Of a DNA stretch of 64,000 bases, positions 11,597-25,766 are shown in pieces. The stretch is taken from assembly GCA_013265495.1 (NCBI GenBank), contig MU061538.1:2253339-2317338 (forward strand). The letters are read 5' to 3'. The first letter of the stretch is position 1; each line of letters starts with the position of its first letter. The position numbers and the translations under genes are program-made. This DNA comes from Vicugna vicugna (Eukaryota). The notes beneath the pieces were generated by a model, which was not told the DNA's origin, did not search any database, and worked only from the letters and a program-made list of their open reading frames with translations.

Positions 11597-14389
11597 GGAG
11601 TTTATACACAGAAACTAACCTGAACTTGATGCCACTCTGCCCAGCTCTCCCAAGCAAGTCGTAAGGAGAGACTCAGCTACCAGAGAAGACATGCTAAGTG
11701 CTGGACACCGGCTTGAATTTAGCTCATGGGTGGCACCGGAGGACGGGTGAAGACCCAAGGCTGAGACACCGCATGGATGAGGGCCGGGAAGACTGGAAGC
11801 TGGACATCGGGAGACAGGTGTGGTGGTGGACAAAGAAATCGGGCCGCCCATGTCAGCCTTGGAAAACCCAGAGGCATGAGAGATACCACGCTTGCAACTG
11901 GACAGACTACCTTTCTCCCACAATTTGTTTTGAAAAATGTTCAGCTTCAGCAAAGTTGAAAGAATAATAAAATAAGAATGTGTGTGTCTAACCTGGACTT
12001 GCCAATTGTAAACATTTTGTTACGCCGCTTTCACTCACACACACATGTACAAGTATGTATATATGCAGACAGTTTCGCTTTTTCATACACACGCTCTGAC
12101 CCCTGTGGTCCACACAGGACAGGCATCGACCCAGGTCTGGTGAGTTAGATGCTCTCTCCAGGGACTCTCAATCTTAGGAGGAAGGTGCGATCATGGAAGC
12201 AGTGGCTGTCTCACCCATCCCACGGGTGGGTGCTGGCCGCCGGCGGACTGTCCTCAGTTAATCCTCCCCAGCGGCCAGCGCTGGCTCGGTTCCGGCCCAC
12301 CCCCGCACTCGCATCTCCAGCCCTGCGCTTTATGGCCAGACTTGGCTGCGGCCGCAGTTGACGTCTCCACGGCTCACGACCCTTTCTGACTCACGCTGTT
12401 TCTCCTATGAGCTGCTCTCGTGGCCACTCCGGATCCAGGACCTTGTAAAGTGGGAGTGTTTAAATGCATGAGATTATTGGAGAGCTTTTTGGAGGACCCA
12501 GTAAAGAGAGGCTGCACCTCCGGGGGAGGAGGAGAGCTCCATGAGCCCCTTGAGGACGTCGGCAGACGGGAAGGGTGCACAGCTGGAGAGATCCAGGAGG
12601 CGGTTTTCAGTTGTAACCGAGAGAACAGGAAGTTGCACGTGCAGGTGAAGTTGTGTGTCACAGACCCTGAGTCTAGTCTTATCAGAGAAGAGAAACCAGG
12701 CGATAAGCCAGGGATTTATCACAGCGGTGGGACCCTACACCGCGGTGGTGCCGATCGACCCGTCGAGGTGGGGCGGTTGGTTCCAGTCTGCCAGACGGCG
12801 TCAGGGAGGGGAGGGGGCGGGGACATTCCAGGGACAGAGGGAGCAGCTTAGTGGGACTGGCCTCTGTCTTCCCTCGCTGTGGGGGGCCTCAAGGAGATGC
12901 TGCAGGACTTAAACACACCCCTGGCTCAGGAGGCAGAGGAGCTAAAGGGGGACCCAGTGAGCCGCCAGACAAGCTGCCATAACCGAACCTCTGCCCGCAC
13001 TGGCCGTGGGGGCGTAAAAAGGCGGGCTCCACCCTGCCTTCCAAACCTTGAGCAAAGTCTCCTGTGGCCTCTGCTAACCCCCAACCACGCAGGGAAGAAA
13101 ATTCTCGGAGGCATGGTTCCCACTTAGCTGAAGTGACGTGATGCGATTCCACCACCGTCCATCCTTTGTCAACTTGGCAAAGATAGGCACTGCTTTTAAC
13201 CATGCTAGACTCCAGGAGGAGCAGGAGCAAACATGCATCCACCGTCTTAACAGCACGCAGTTATCCTTTCCCCAGTAAAACACGCCCATCCTCCCCTAGA
13301 CCTGGTTACAGAGACCCTTGTTCAACTTTAGATGACGGTGGTTCCTCTTCTGAGTCTCATCTCACCTTGGATATTCTGTAAACTAGACCCTGAGATGTGA
13401 GGCTGACTACTCTGCACGTCTTATGTTAAATAGAAGGAGGATGGGAGGGAGAAGGGGAAAGGTCAGCTAACGTATACGTGAACATTTTCATGTCAAAATA
13501 AGGAAGAAACAGTCGCACCCGTGACAGTGCTTGTTTCTGCAGCGCGTCTCGTGGTCACTGCTGGAGCTGGCTGCTGCTGTCTCCTGCTGGTCCGTCCGCG
13601 CCCCCGTGCCCTTGCTGAGCACCTCGGCTGGGTGTCGGCTGTCCGGCTTCCCACTGGTTTCATCACAGGGGTGGCAATACCAGCGGTCCCCTGCCATCCA
13701 GAAGGAGATGTGCAGTCGGAGGAGGAGGGATGTGCGAGTCGGCCGTGAGGCAATGGGAGGTGGACCAAGGTTATTATTGGATGGAATACGGGAAAAACAG
13801 GTCTGGGAACTTGATGCAGTTAATAGAGGTGACAGAGGCCCCTGCAGGAACTTGACAAGTGGCAGTACTGACAAGCGACAAATGTGAAGTGTTTAGTTAT
13901 CCTGAGCCAAATGAGTATTGCGATACACAAGGCGAAAACAGTCGTGTATCCACGTCCGATTCTCCTCACTTAAGCCTGCCTTTAGCATGTTTTACTTTAC
14001 AACTCACCCTTCTCCAGGTTTCCCGTCTTGGCATTAAAGACATGAAGAGGAGCAGTCATACCGAGCCAAGCAAGAGAGGGTCAGAGAGAGCGCCTCGGAA
14101 GGGCTGGGGAGGAGCATGGAGGGAGGGGGAGTGCCAACAGGCCAGCTCGGGGTCCTGACAGTCCCACTCTCTCTCTCTCCCTCTCTCTCTGTCTCTCTGC
14201 AATTTTGTATCTTCATTAAGCATTAGGAAGGCTGGAATTAATCATTTGATGCCTGAAAATATCTGATTCACAATAAAGCAACTGCTCCAAGGACGGGTTC
14301 CGAGAAAGGGCTGCCTAGAATAACGTACTGTGGCAAACAGCAGTGGGCTGAGTTTCTAGTACGCCCATCTGGGGTGAGTGTTTGCTGTG

Positions 14390-14865
14390 TTTTTAACTTT
14401 TTAAAAACTGATTGAAGTACAGTCAGTTTACCATGTTGTGTCAATTTCTGGTGCGCAGCATCATGTTTCAGTCATACATGAACATACACGCCTTCCTTTT
14501 CATATTCTTCGGTATAAGTCACTGCAAGATACCGAGTATAGCTCCCTGTGCTCTGCAGTAGGACCTTGCTGTTTATCTATTTTATATACAGTAGTTAGTA
14601 TCTGCATGTCTCAAACTCCCAATTTATCCCTTCCCACCCCCTTTCCCCCACCCCAGTAACCATAAGTTTGTTTTCTATGTCTGTGAGTCTCCTGTTTTGT
14701 AAATAAGTTTATTTGTTCATTTTTTTTAAAGATTACATATATAAGCTGTATCATACATGTGTCTCTCTCTGTCTGACTGACTTCACTTAGTGTGATCATC
14801 TCCAGGTCCATCCACGTTGGCTTCAGATGGCATTATTTCATTCTTTTTTATGACTCAGTAATATT

Positions 14866-14907
<42 letters not shown>

Positions 14908-15200
14908 TGTGTGTACGTGTGTGTACACCACAACTTCTTTATCCAGTCATCTGTTGATGGACATTTAGGTTGCTTCCATGTCTTGGCTATTGTAAATAGT
15001 CCTGCTGTGAACATTGGGGCGGGTGTATCTTTTTGAATTTGAGTTTCCTCCAGATACATGCCCAGTAAAATGGGATTGCTGGATCATATGGTAGTTTAGT
15101 TTCTTAAGGAACCTCCACACTGTCCTCCACAGTGGCTGCACCAGTTACATTCCTACCAACAGTGTAGGAGGGTTCCCTTTTCTCTACACCCTCTCCAGCG
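14390..15200 (-). mobile_element. L1 3' end with embedded (TG)n microsatellite
   Basis: Antisense L1 3'UTR and ORF2 end; minus ORF shows PMFTAGLFTIAKTWKQPKCPS. Confidence 0.9.
14868..14925. repeat. (TG)n microsatellite
   Basis: Long TG run with two TAC interruptions. Confidence 0.9.
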
Positions 15201-15885
15201 ATAAATGAAGCTGCTTTCTCTGATTCTAACGAACACACTGTAGGTAAATGCGGTGAAATACATAAACTACAAAGCCTAAAATAAAATGTAAAGGTTCTGC
15301 TCTGTACACATCTCCCAACGCACTGGAAATTTCCTGCAGGGAAGGAGCTCGGGTCGCAACCCCACCCGTGTATTTGCAAAACACGTTAATGAGTGTTCTC
15401 ATTGCTGCCACACACAGGCAAATAGATTGAGAAAAGCCTCCCACTTCGAAACATAGTATTATTATCCAGAACTCAACTAAATCATTTAATCATCAAAGTG
15501 ACTCCCCAGGCAAAGTGTTGTACAAAAAAGCCGTAAAAATACACTGTGTTTGTGTTCACTGAGGTGGTCCTTTGCTATCTGTAGTCTCACTTTCCCCCCT
15601 CTGCGCAGGCACAGTGCAGGCTCTTCCACGTCAGTACGTGAGGGTCACAGGCGCGAGGGAAACGCCGACATCCCTTACCTTCAGCCTGTGCGTTTTTCTC
15701 ATATTACAACTGAAATAGCGGAAAGTTGCTGACGCCCAGTGACAGCGCTCTGGCGCCTGCTCTCCTGTGACTTCCTGCTGACTCATCCTCCTCCTCCCTG
15801 GCCACTGACCCTCTAACTGTGGTCTTTGTTTTTCTAAGGTATTCCTAAAGAGTAGAATATTTTTTGTTGGTTTGTTTGTTTGTTT

Positions 15886-15950
15886 TTAGAACAAACAATT
15901 CCAAAATTTATATGGAACCACAAAAGACACCGAATTGCCAAAGCAGTCTT
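15886..15950 (+). mobile_element. Short L1 ORF2 fragment
   Basis: LEQTIPKFIWNHKRHRIAKA is an L1 ORF2 motif. Confidence 0.7.
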
Positions 15951-17930
15951 TTGTAGGTCTTTTGTTTCTATGTGTCTCTTTCTTCTTTTTGTTCTCTCTT
16001 CTTGTGGTTTGATGACTAGAGAAGGTCCTTTAACATTTGTTGTAAAGCTGGTTTGGTGCTGAAATCGTTCAGCTTTTGTTTATCTGTGAAGCTTTTGATT
16101 TCTCCCTCAAATCTGAACGAGAGCCTTGCTGGGTAGAGTATTCCTGGTTCTAAGTTTCCCCCTTGCATCACTTTAAATACACCTTGCCACTGCCTTCTGG
16201 CCTGAAGGGCTTCTGCTGAGAAATCAGCTGATCACCTACGGGAGCTCCCTTGTATGTTTGTTGCTTTCCTCTTGCTGATTTTAATATTTTCTCCTTGTCC
16301 TTAATTGTTGTCAGTTTGATGACTGTGTGCCTTGGTGTGCCCCTCTTTGGGTGGATCCTCTGTGATTTTGGGTGGAACTCTCTGCGCTTCCTGGACTTGG
16401 GTGACTCTTTCCTTTCCCAAGTTGGGGAATTTTTCAGTGATTCTCTCTCCAAAAATTTTCTCAGGTCCTCTCTCTCTCCTCTTTCTGGGACCCCCTATGA
16501 TGCGAATTTTCAGTGTTGTCCCAGAGTTCTCTTAAACTATCCTCATTTTTTTTTCTTCTGTTCTGCAGTAGTGATTTCCACTCATCTGTCTTCAAGCTCA
16601 CTGATCTTTCCTGCCTCATTCAGTCTCTTCTTGGTTCCTTCTAGTGTGTTACTCATTTCAGTGATTTTATTCTTCAACTCTGCGTATTCTTTGTATTTTC
16701 CAATTCTTTGCTATAACTTCGCTCTGTGCATCTGTACTCCTCTTGAGTTCTCCGAACATCTTCGCCATCGTTACTCAACTCTTTCTTGGGTAAACTGCCT
16801 ATCTCCTCACCACTGATTTCTTCTTCTGGGATTCTGTCTTGTGCCTTGGCCTGGGAGACTCTCCACTGCTGCCCCACGTCGTCTATCCATGTAGTTTTCG
16901 GTAGGTTAGTTACTTTCTCGCCCTTGGCGAGGTGGCCCTCTGTGGGAGATGTCCTGTGTGTCCCAGCAGTGCACTCCTCTTGTCCCCCAAGGGCCAGGGT
17001 CCTGTTGGTCCCAGTGTGGAGTCTGGCCTGTGTGTGTGGACTCCTTCCACGGGCTTTGGGATTGCTGTTTTCTCATTTCTGGTACCTGCCCTGGTGGATG
17101 AGGCTGGACTAGAGGCTTGTGCAGGCTTCCTGACAGGAGGAGCCAGTATCTGCCCACTGCTGGGTGGAGCTTGGTCCTGGACCTCCGGTGGGTAGGGCCG
17201 TGTCTAGAGGCCTCCGTGGCTCAGGAGGTCTGATGGTGGGTGTGGCTGTGTCTGGCCTGAGGCTTCCCCACAGGCTGTTGGGTGGGGCTGGGTCTTGGTG
17301 CTAATGATCCAGTCGAGACATCAGCCTCCAGGAAAGCTCAAGTAGATGAACACTCCCTGAATGTCCATCACCAGCTTTTATGTCCCCTGGGTGAGCCGCA
17401 GCCGTCCCCCACATCCCCAGGAGACCCGCCAGATCCAGCAGGCAGGCCTGGCCCAGGTTCCTACGAAATCACGGCCTCTGCCCTTGGACCTGGTGCACAC
17501 GAGATTGTGTGTGCGCTTCCCAAGGGAGTGAAGTCTGTTTCCCCCAGTCCCTGGGGCTCCTGGAGCTGAGCCCTGCTGGCCTTCAAAACCAGATGTCCTG
17601 CGGTCTCCTCCTCCTCCCAGTGCCAGGACCCGGGCTGGGGAGCCTGACGTGGGGCTCAGCACGCTACCCGCTGTGGGAGGGCCTCTGCGACTAAACTGTC
17701 CTTCAGCTCGTGGGCCGCCCCCCTGGGGGGTAACGGGGCCCAGTTATATCACAGGCACGCCCCTCCTGCTGCCCTGCTGTGGTTCCCTCTCCATGTTTCC
17801 AGCTGGAGCAGACCTTTCTGCTGGGCTCCAGGCTTTTTACTCGATGGTGGCTTAGCAGTCAGTTGTGGTTTTGTTGTCGTGAGGAGAGGTGAGCTCGTGG
17901 TCCTACTGCTGTCATCTTGACCAGAAATCT
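15951..17930 (-). mobile_element. L1 5' portion (5'UTR and degraded ORF1)
   Basis: Minus ORF TPRHTVIKLTTIKDKEKILKSARGKQQTYKG (ORF1p); 5' end caagatgacagcagtaggaccacgagctcacctc. Confidence 0.85.
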
Positions 17931-19739
17931 CCAGCAGAATGTTTTTAACGAGGAAAATGACCAGTTTACAACGGAGGAAAGAATTTCTGTGAACCCTAGT
18001 CAGGGGAGAGAGCGCAGTGTTAGAACTTCCGTGTCTGTGGGTTTTTAATGTCTCAAGAAATTGTCCTCAGAATTGCCTGGGAATGGAATGTGCATGAACA
18101 GAGAGCATCTTTTAATTCACAGTCCCTAAATCTGTTCTATAAGTGCAAAATTCTTGTTCATTTAGGAGACAGAAGAAAAAAAAGTCTATTCGCTCATTTA
18201 AGGAACCGCATACCTGGTTTTGCGACCGTTTTCTTTTTATGGGAAGAAATGCTCCTAAAAATGGTTGTCTCATATTGAAATGTCTGCTTTTTGTAATATA
18301 AATGGCTTTTTATTAATATGTTGGGGAAATATTCCTAAAATCTCCGTGTTTATCTTGACAGACATTGAAGTATTGTAATGCTTTTGGACAAGGACTGTTC
18401 TTTTTTTCCACAAACTTCACTGCACAGTAGGCGTCTCTGTTTGAAACACTGAATAAATTTCACCAAGACTTTGTTCATTTTCACCTGTGCTGTGCTAATA
18501 AGTCTGAAATTAAACAGCTCCATCAAGTCTCAGCAGCTGGCATCGGGTCCCACTGAGTATCACAAACTGGAAAATGATTATTTGGGGAAGCTTCATAATT
18601 ATACAAAGATGAAAATGTTGGCAGCCAGGAGATACACATTTTTCAAGATTGGAGAGAAAATTTAATGAAAGTGCCACAAATGTATTACTTAGGATGATAG
18701 TTTGCACTTAATATGAGGCCCTTTTCTCTCTGGACTTCAAAGTCTGGACTAATTAATTAGCCCTAATTCCCCTGTTCTCCTGACGGTCAAGCATTCAGAC
18801 AGCCCTCGGGAGACCAGCGCGTTATTACAGCAAGTAGAAAAAGTGCCAACTGGGGGCAAGAGGCCTGTGAGTTAGTTCACACCTGTTGGGTGTTGGTCTT
18901 TGCAGCTGAGTTTGTGCGAGTTTGTGACCTTGGATGCCCCAGCCCAGAGCTGGCCAACCAGGGCCCACAGCTAAGTCTGGCTGGCTGCCTGCTCTCATGG
19001 ACAGAGTTCCACTGGAGCCAGCCTTGCTCATCGGTGCCCGTGTCCTCTCTGGCTTTTTTCGCGCCGCAGTGGCAGAGTTAAGTCAGAACGAGACTTTATG
19101 GACCGTAATGTCTGAAATGTTTTGTCTAGCCCGCTGCAGAAGAAGTCTGCTGAGCCCCGACCTGATCTCTCTGAACGTGTCTCTCCATCTGTAAGATGGA
19201 GCGCAGCCACAGCAACACAGCCGCGTCCATGAGAGGAGGTAGATTTCAGCTTCGCACAGTGATGACAGTCTTCGAAGGTGCCTTAAGCCCAAGGTGAAAA
19301 ATCCCTGGCAGTGATGTTACTTCATGCAAGAGGCATCCATCTACTCTTTAAATATCTACCCACCATCCACGTGACGCCAGGCACCAAACTAAACAGTTAG
19401 GGGAATACTTGTTAAGAGAAGTAAGTCCTGTTTCAGTCACTGGTGGAGGGACTGCGTGGGCGTGGGGGTGCTATGTGGGACGGCCAGCTGTCTTGAAATC
19501 AAGCCTTCCTGGCATTTTCAGCGTGAGTACTGGGATGAAGGCAAACTCCGCTGTCTTAGGCTCCCTGCCCTGGTTGTTTTCCTTGCCCTGAGGTGGTTTA
19601 CAAGTGCATCACACCAGCCGTTCCATCGATTTGAGATGAACTCTCCCACACTTGGTTGGCCAGGCTGTCCTTGATCCATGCCCAGGAGCCCCCCGTCCCG
19701 TAATGTATTTATAGTCATAAATAGAAGGGACCAAAGAAA

Positions 19740-20790
19740 TTGAGAAGTTCTGTCTCCAGGCACCAGAGATGTTTGATGAAATGCGACACTTGAGCTTGGA
19801 CACAGGAGAAGGGTTTGAAGGGTGGGTCAGTGCAGGGTTGTCTCAGGTGGAGGGACCCATGGTCTGTACAAAGCCACAGGGCTGCGACGTTCTGGACGTG
19901 TTTGAGGACAACCAGGTAGCGCGGTTTGGTGGGAAGAGGCAGCAATACAGGGGAGTGGCAGGAGGTCAGGGGGCACTTGGGTTCTGGGGTTACAGGTCGG
20001 GTGGAGGGTGGAGAGCAATAGGAGGTCGTGGAGGTCGCGGATGGCGGCCAGTTGGATTGCACTTCGCCCTGCAAGCAGTGGGAAGCTCCTGGAAGCCTGG
20101 GACAAGAGCAGTGAGCCTGTCTGGCTAGTAGTTTTCTGAGTATTGGGGGCTGGTGGTGCTGCTCTGCCTGCTCTAAGCTGAACAGGGGCAGACATTTGCC
20201 AAATGGGACCAAACAAAAGACCAGCTTCTACTGCCTCAGTTTCAGCCCAGAAATGTTTGGATAGGGATTTATAACAGATGGGTTCTACTCTTTGAGAAAC
20301 AGGGGCGGTTACTGTTTCTGCACACACACACCTTCCCTGAAGGCTTCAACCTGCTTCTCTGTAGTGTTGGCCACAGCTCCACCACTCCTCGTCCTCTGGC
20401 CGGGGGTCTCTTCCCAGCCCTGCTGCCCCACGCTCATCAGACCCAGCTCCCTGCTCAGGCTGCTCCTCCCAAGTGGGCCTTGGTCTCCTCCTCCTCTCTG
20501 CCTCCTCCCGGTCCCCCTCCGCTCCCCCACCTTCTCCTTCTCCTGTGGTCCCTCAGAGCCCTCTTAGGACTCACCTCCTCAGAGAGGCCCTCCCTAACCA
20601 CCCCAGTCCCCGTGGGGTCTCCCTGCTTTGTCCCATCACCCTGTCCCACTCACGTCGGCACCTGACAGACTGCTCCCAGAATGGAGCTCAGTCATTCCGT
20701 GGGCGCATCTTGCTAAGCCTTGCTTCCTAGGCCAGGCCTATTTGCAGTGCACCTAAGGGCTCAGTCGATATTTGTTCAACTGAAGTGGAT
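19740..20790. mobile_element. Degraded L2 fragments
   Basis: tgagcttggacacaggagaagg...gaccc; ctcagagaggccctccctaaccacc...ctcagtcgatatttgttcaactgaa. Confidence 0.45.
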
Positions 20791-22019
20791 TTCCTACGAT
20801 CAGACCACTTCATTTTACTAAATACGTTAGGTTTGTGTTTAAAATTGTACCACTGCCCAAGCCTTCCTCACGCAGCTCTCAGTGGACCTGAGCTGCTCTT
20901 GGGGAGCAGTGGTGCCCTGGACAAGCGGTGATGGAGAAGTGGGGGTAACGGAGCGTCCGTGCCCTGCCTCTCCCTGCAGGGGACCGATGGCTCCCATCCA
21001 CGACGAAGGTACCTCAGGAGTGGCAAAAAGAAGCATCCGGCCATTTTGCAGATACAGCCTCATTTTTGTTCTCTAGAAAGTAGTTATTTAATATTTTCTG
21101 TATATCACTACATTAAAATAGTTATTCACAAATCATTTATATTTATACCTTTATAAACGTGAAAGAACAAGGCCCGTTTGATTTCCACACAGACACTAGG
21201 CTTATGATTCTACTGAGACTTCCTGGGATGTTATCCATTTAGCCCGTTGACAAATCTGAGGGGAAACGGAATATTTTGATATGCCATTATATACCGGGTG
21301 ATAATTTCAGACAGTCTCCCTTTTATTAGAATTATGCAGCGTTATTCAATGCTTTGTAATTTTGTCTATAACTAAGGTCATAAGTAGGGTTATTTCTTAT
21401 AAAATCCTATATTCTAGGATATTTTAACCTTACATAAAAGATACATCCATTGAGTTTTAATTCAGTAGAGATTGTTGACTCCCACCCACGTTTTTACCTG
21501 AACCACATTTCACAACAAGTGGGAAGGAGCCTTTGCATGTATCTGACATCTCACCTAAAATTCCCTTCAATTTGTCCCATTCTGACCACTGATCATAAAG
21601 CAATAAGTGTAAAACTTGGCAATATTCCCCCTTGTCATGGCTTTCCATGTATTGAAAATTAAGTAACTCCCTGTAGAGGAGAAATCATTAAATATATAGT
21701 AAATAATGAGGTTAATTAATTTAACCCCTTCTAATTAGGAAGCTAATTAAATCAGAAAATTAAAACTGACACAAGACATTCAAATAGGGAAATTCTGAAC
21801 TTAGACCTAACAGCCGTCTCTTCATCCTCCACCAGCTCAAAAGAGGAAGAGGTGTTAGCTACAAAAATATTAACCAGTGGACTGTTTTCAATCTATGTAG
21901 TTAAACTTTCCATACCACAAATGTTATTTTTAAAGTTTACTTTTTTCCTACTTCTATTTAATATACAATTAAGTCTTGTTCAATTTTTTAAAGAATGAAT
22001 TAGAAGAAGCCCCAAAAGA

Positions 22020-22105
22020 TGAATTTAGCCCAAATCCTGCTAGTAACTGTCATCACGAGCAAGTCACTTAAATTCTCTGAGCCTCAGTTTTCTCATCCTC
22101 AGTGT
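22020..22105 (+). mobile_element. MIR fragment
   Basis: gagcaagtcacttaaattctctgagcctcagttttctcatc (MIR core). Confidence 0.7.
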
Positions 22106-22303
22106 ATCGTATTAAAAAAAGTGAGATCGATTCACAGTGTCTTGGAGATGGAAACACATCTCAGTGGGAGGAACAGATCAGGCAGCTAGAGTTGGAAAAG
22201 ATGGTTAAAATCTTTGTCGGTGCGTTACAGCGCAGAACCAGGTCCCAGCTTAGGATCTTTGGTAATTAGTTTAACAATCTGAGATAAAATTAAATATGTT
22301 TTC

Positions 22304-23085
22304 TTTTTTTAATTTTTTAACATTTTTATTGATTTATAATCATTTTACAATGTGTCAAATTCCAGTGTTCAGCACAATTTTTCAGTCATACATGGACATA
22401 TACACACTCATTGTCACATTTTTTTCTCTGTGAGCTACCATAACGTTTTGTGTATATTTCCCTGTGCTATACAGTACAATCTTGTTTATCTATTCTACAG
22501 TTTTGAAATCCCAGTCTATCCCTTCCCACCCTCTGCCCCCCTGGCAACCACAAGTCCGTATTCTCTGTCTATGAGTCTATTTCTGTCCTGTATTTATGCT
22601 TTGTTTTTGTTTGTTTGTTTTTGTTTTTTAGATTCCACATATGAGCAATCTCATATGGTATTTTTCTTTCTCTTTCTGGCTTACTTCACTTAGAATGACA
22701 TTCTCCAGGAACATCCATGTTGCTGCAAATGGCGTTATGTTGTCGGTTTTTACGACTGAGTAGTATTCCATTGTATAAATATACCACATCTTCTTTATCC
22801 AGTCACCTGTTGATGGACATTTAGGCTGTTTCCATGTTTTGGCTATTGTGAATAGTGCTGCTATGAACATTGGGGTGCAGGTGTCATCCTGAAGTAGATT
22901 TCCTTCTGGATACAAGCCCAGGAGTTGGATTCCTGGGTCATATGGTAAGTCTATTCCTAGTCTTCTGAGGAATCTCCACACTGTTTTCCATAGTGGCTGC
23001 ACCAAACTGCATTCCCACCAGCAGTGTAGGAGGGTTCCTCTTTCTCCTCAGCCTCTCCAGCATTTGTCATTTGTGGATTTTTGAA
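22304..23085 (-). mobile_element. Young L1 3' end (non-inverted part of a 5'-inverted insertion)
   Basis: Poly-T, 3'UTR, and ORF2 C-terminus [12 protein letters not shown]...CTPMFIAALFTIAKTWKQPKCPS. Confidence 0.93.
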
Positions 23086-23628
23086 AGACTGAATCAAGAA
23101 GAAACTGACCACTTGAACAATCCAATCACTAGAAAGGAAATAGAAACAGCAATTAAAACCCTCCCTACAAATAAAAGTCCAGGATCGGACGGCTTCACCG
23201 GGGAATTCTACCAAACATACAAAGAAGAATCCTTCTCAAACTCTTCCAGACGATTGAAAAGGAGGGAATACTCCCAAACTCATTCTATGAAGTCACCATC
23301 ACCCTGATACCAAAACCAGGCAAAGACACTACAAAAAAAGAGAATTATAGGCCAATATCACTGATGAACATAGACGCCAAAATCCTCACCAAAATATTAG
23401 CAAACAGAATCCAACAGCACATAAAAAAGATTATACATCATGACCAAGTGGGGTTTATCCCAGGGACACAAGGGTGGTTCAACATATGCAAATCAATCAA
23501 TGTAATACATCACATCAACAAGAGAAAGGACAAAAACCACATGATCATCTCACTTGATGCAGAAAAAGCATTTGATAAAAATCAACACCCATTTATGATA
23601 AAAATTCTCGCCAAAGTGGGTATAGAGT
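23086..23628 (+). mobile_element. L1 ORF2 reverse-transcriptase fragment (inverted part)
   Basis: [86 protein letters not shown]. Confidence 0.93.
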
Positions 23629-25449
23629 GAAGGTACGTTTTCAAAGAAGCACAGCTCTCCCGGGGCTGCTGGAGAGACGCCTGTCACCATCATCTTTAGA
23701 TGTAATTTCCAGCCTCTAAGAAAAGCCTCAGAGCAGAGTAACAGCAGAATGGAGATTAGAGTTGGTGTTTAGTGCCGTTGGCAAAGGTGTTTCTAAACTT
23801 AAACGTATCTAAGCAGGGATCCTGCTAGAAGGTTTTGGACTCTGCTAGCAATTGTCAAGGGCACGGAGCACTGTGGTCAAGGCCCTTTGGTGGGGTCTGC
23901 TCTGGGTGATAAGTTAATATGGATTCCCCAAAGCCAGCACCAAAGATCACTTTGACCCCGAAGGGATCCTTGACAGACATTGGTCTTACCTACAGGAAGG
24001 TGAGTAGCCACAGTTTGTAGACAGTCTCCCAGATTCCGAGGCTCGTACTTCGTACGTGCTTCCTTACCTGTTGCCTGTGCATCCTGACAGAAGTCAAGTG
24101 CAGCCAGTCCGGGCAAGTTATAAAAAACCACTGACAGAGCACAATTTCTCCCCCCAAATTTGAATGCTTAATTCATTGATTTAAATTACTATGTGTTCTA
24201 ATTCCTTGGCATGTTAATACTGCTGGGTGCTTGACATCAAATGGTCAGCACAATTCACGATGACGATTGTGTCTTTACACACTGCGAAGGCCGTAAGTGA
24301 AGCAGCTGTCAATCCTATAGCCAGCCCGCCACAAAGTGCGTAACCTTAAGGAGCGAGTGAACCATTTTCCTCCTGTACCACGGCTGCAGGACTATTCTGC
24401 ACCTCAGAGTCAACAGCTTGCTCTGGGACCCCAGGATCTGCATATCCTTGGCATTTATTTTGAATTAGTTCCCATTTTTTTCTTGTATCAAATAACCAAT
24501 TACTTAATATCTAAAATGTGCAACTTTTTATTCAGTACCAACATTCTGACCTCACACCTCTTATCTGTGGTTTCCTCCACTCCAAGAATTACCCCTTCCG
24601 TATCCACTGCATCCAGGAAGGTTGCCCCAGCTGTCAGTGGGTGCACCAGGCACTCAGGGAGCTCTTCTCTGAATCTCTGCTGCATTTATTAATAGTCCCA
24701 CTAGTGTTAGGCTTGTGTATCCAAGTGTTTGTTAGCTTTTTGAGGACAAACATAATATCTTACTTGAAAGAAAAAAAGTTCTCAGTGTCCCTATCAGGTT
24801 TTCATGTTCACTGTATAATCGGGGTCACACCTGGGGCAGCACACTCAAATTAGCATCGTCTGAGAAAGCTTATTAGTAAAAGGAGTATTACAGAGGTGCA
24901 GGCAGGATGTGTGGATGGTGACGTAACCCAGGTCCAGAGGGGTAAGAGGAAGGAAGGATGACCAGAACCTAGAAGGAGAGAGGTGTCTCGAACAGGTTAC
25001 TTTGCCAGCTCAAGGACACCTGACAAGGAACCTGGAAATAGTGTAATCCCACGCTTCGCCCTCCCCTCGCCTCTCAGCTCTCTGCTGGGGTTCCTCACTC
25101 AGCTGACTGAACTGGGAGCCAGAGTACACGGGAGCCTATTGAGATACTCCGGTGAGGGCAGCATCCTGGACTGAGAACGAGGTAGAGGATGGAGCGTCGA
25201 TCTGGGGGTGGAGAAGGATGAACGTAGGATACCCAGCACGTCCATTAGAGGCCTGCAGCAGACACCTGATCACTTTCTAATAGAGCACTGCTCACCCTTT
25301 CCATAGAAAGCCAACAACACCCAATTCAGCATGTATCTATTGGGTCACTGTGCACGAGTGGTTTTTTAAAAATTATGAATTTTTTGTTTTATGTTGTGTT
25401 GCATTCTGTAATCTTAATTTGTAGACTTGTTTTGAAAACTAAAAAAAAA

Positions 25450-25760
25450 TGGCAGAGGTTGGCAAAATGCCATCAATCGCACTTCCTGTTCCTGGATACA
25501 CAGCAAGACTACATTGCCCAGCCTCCTTTGCAGTTTAGGGTGAGGTCAGAAGACCAGGTTCTGGCCAATGGAAGTGGGTGGACAAGGAGTAAGCCACTCT
25601 TTGTAGGCTGGCCATAGGACCCTCTGCGGGATATTCTACTGGCTTTCTCCCTTCTGTAGAGTTGGAAGCAAGCAGCTCTCAGGGAGCAGAGCCACATGAT
25701 AACTGAAGCCCTGAGTGCCCGTGGGTCCAGCCAATGGAATGCTCTAGTTTGTTACATCAT
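25450..25760. mobile_element. MLT1-type MaLR LTR fragment
   Basis: actacattgcccagcctcctttgcag...ttctggccaatggaagtgg. Confidence 0.55.
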
Positions 25761-25766
25761 CTTAAA

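Noticed and set aside
23364..23630. Reverse-transcriptase-like ORF as part of a novel RT system
   Set aside because: Ordinary L1 ORF2 fragment, truncated and frameshifted, within an L1 insertion.
24500..24685. Minus-strand 61-aa ORF (EELPECLVHPLTAGATFLDAV) with a possible donor site
   Set aside because: No recognisable homology or partner exons; cannot be supported without a database search.
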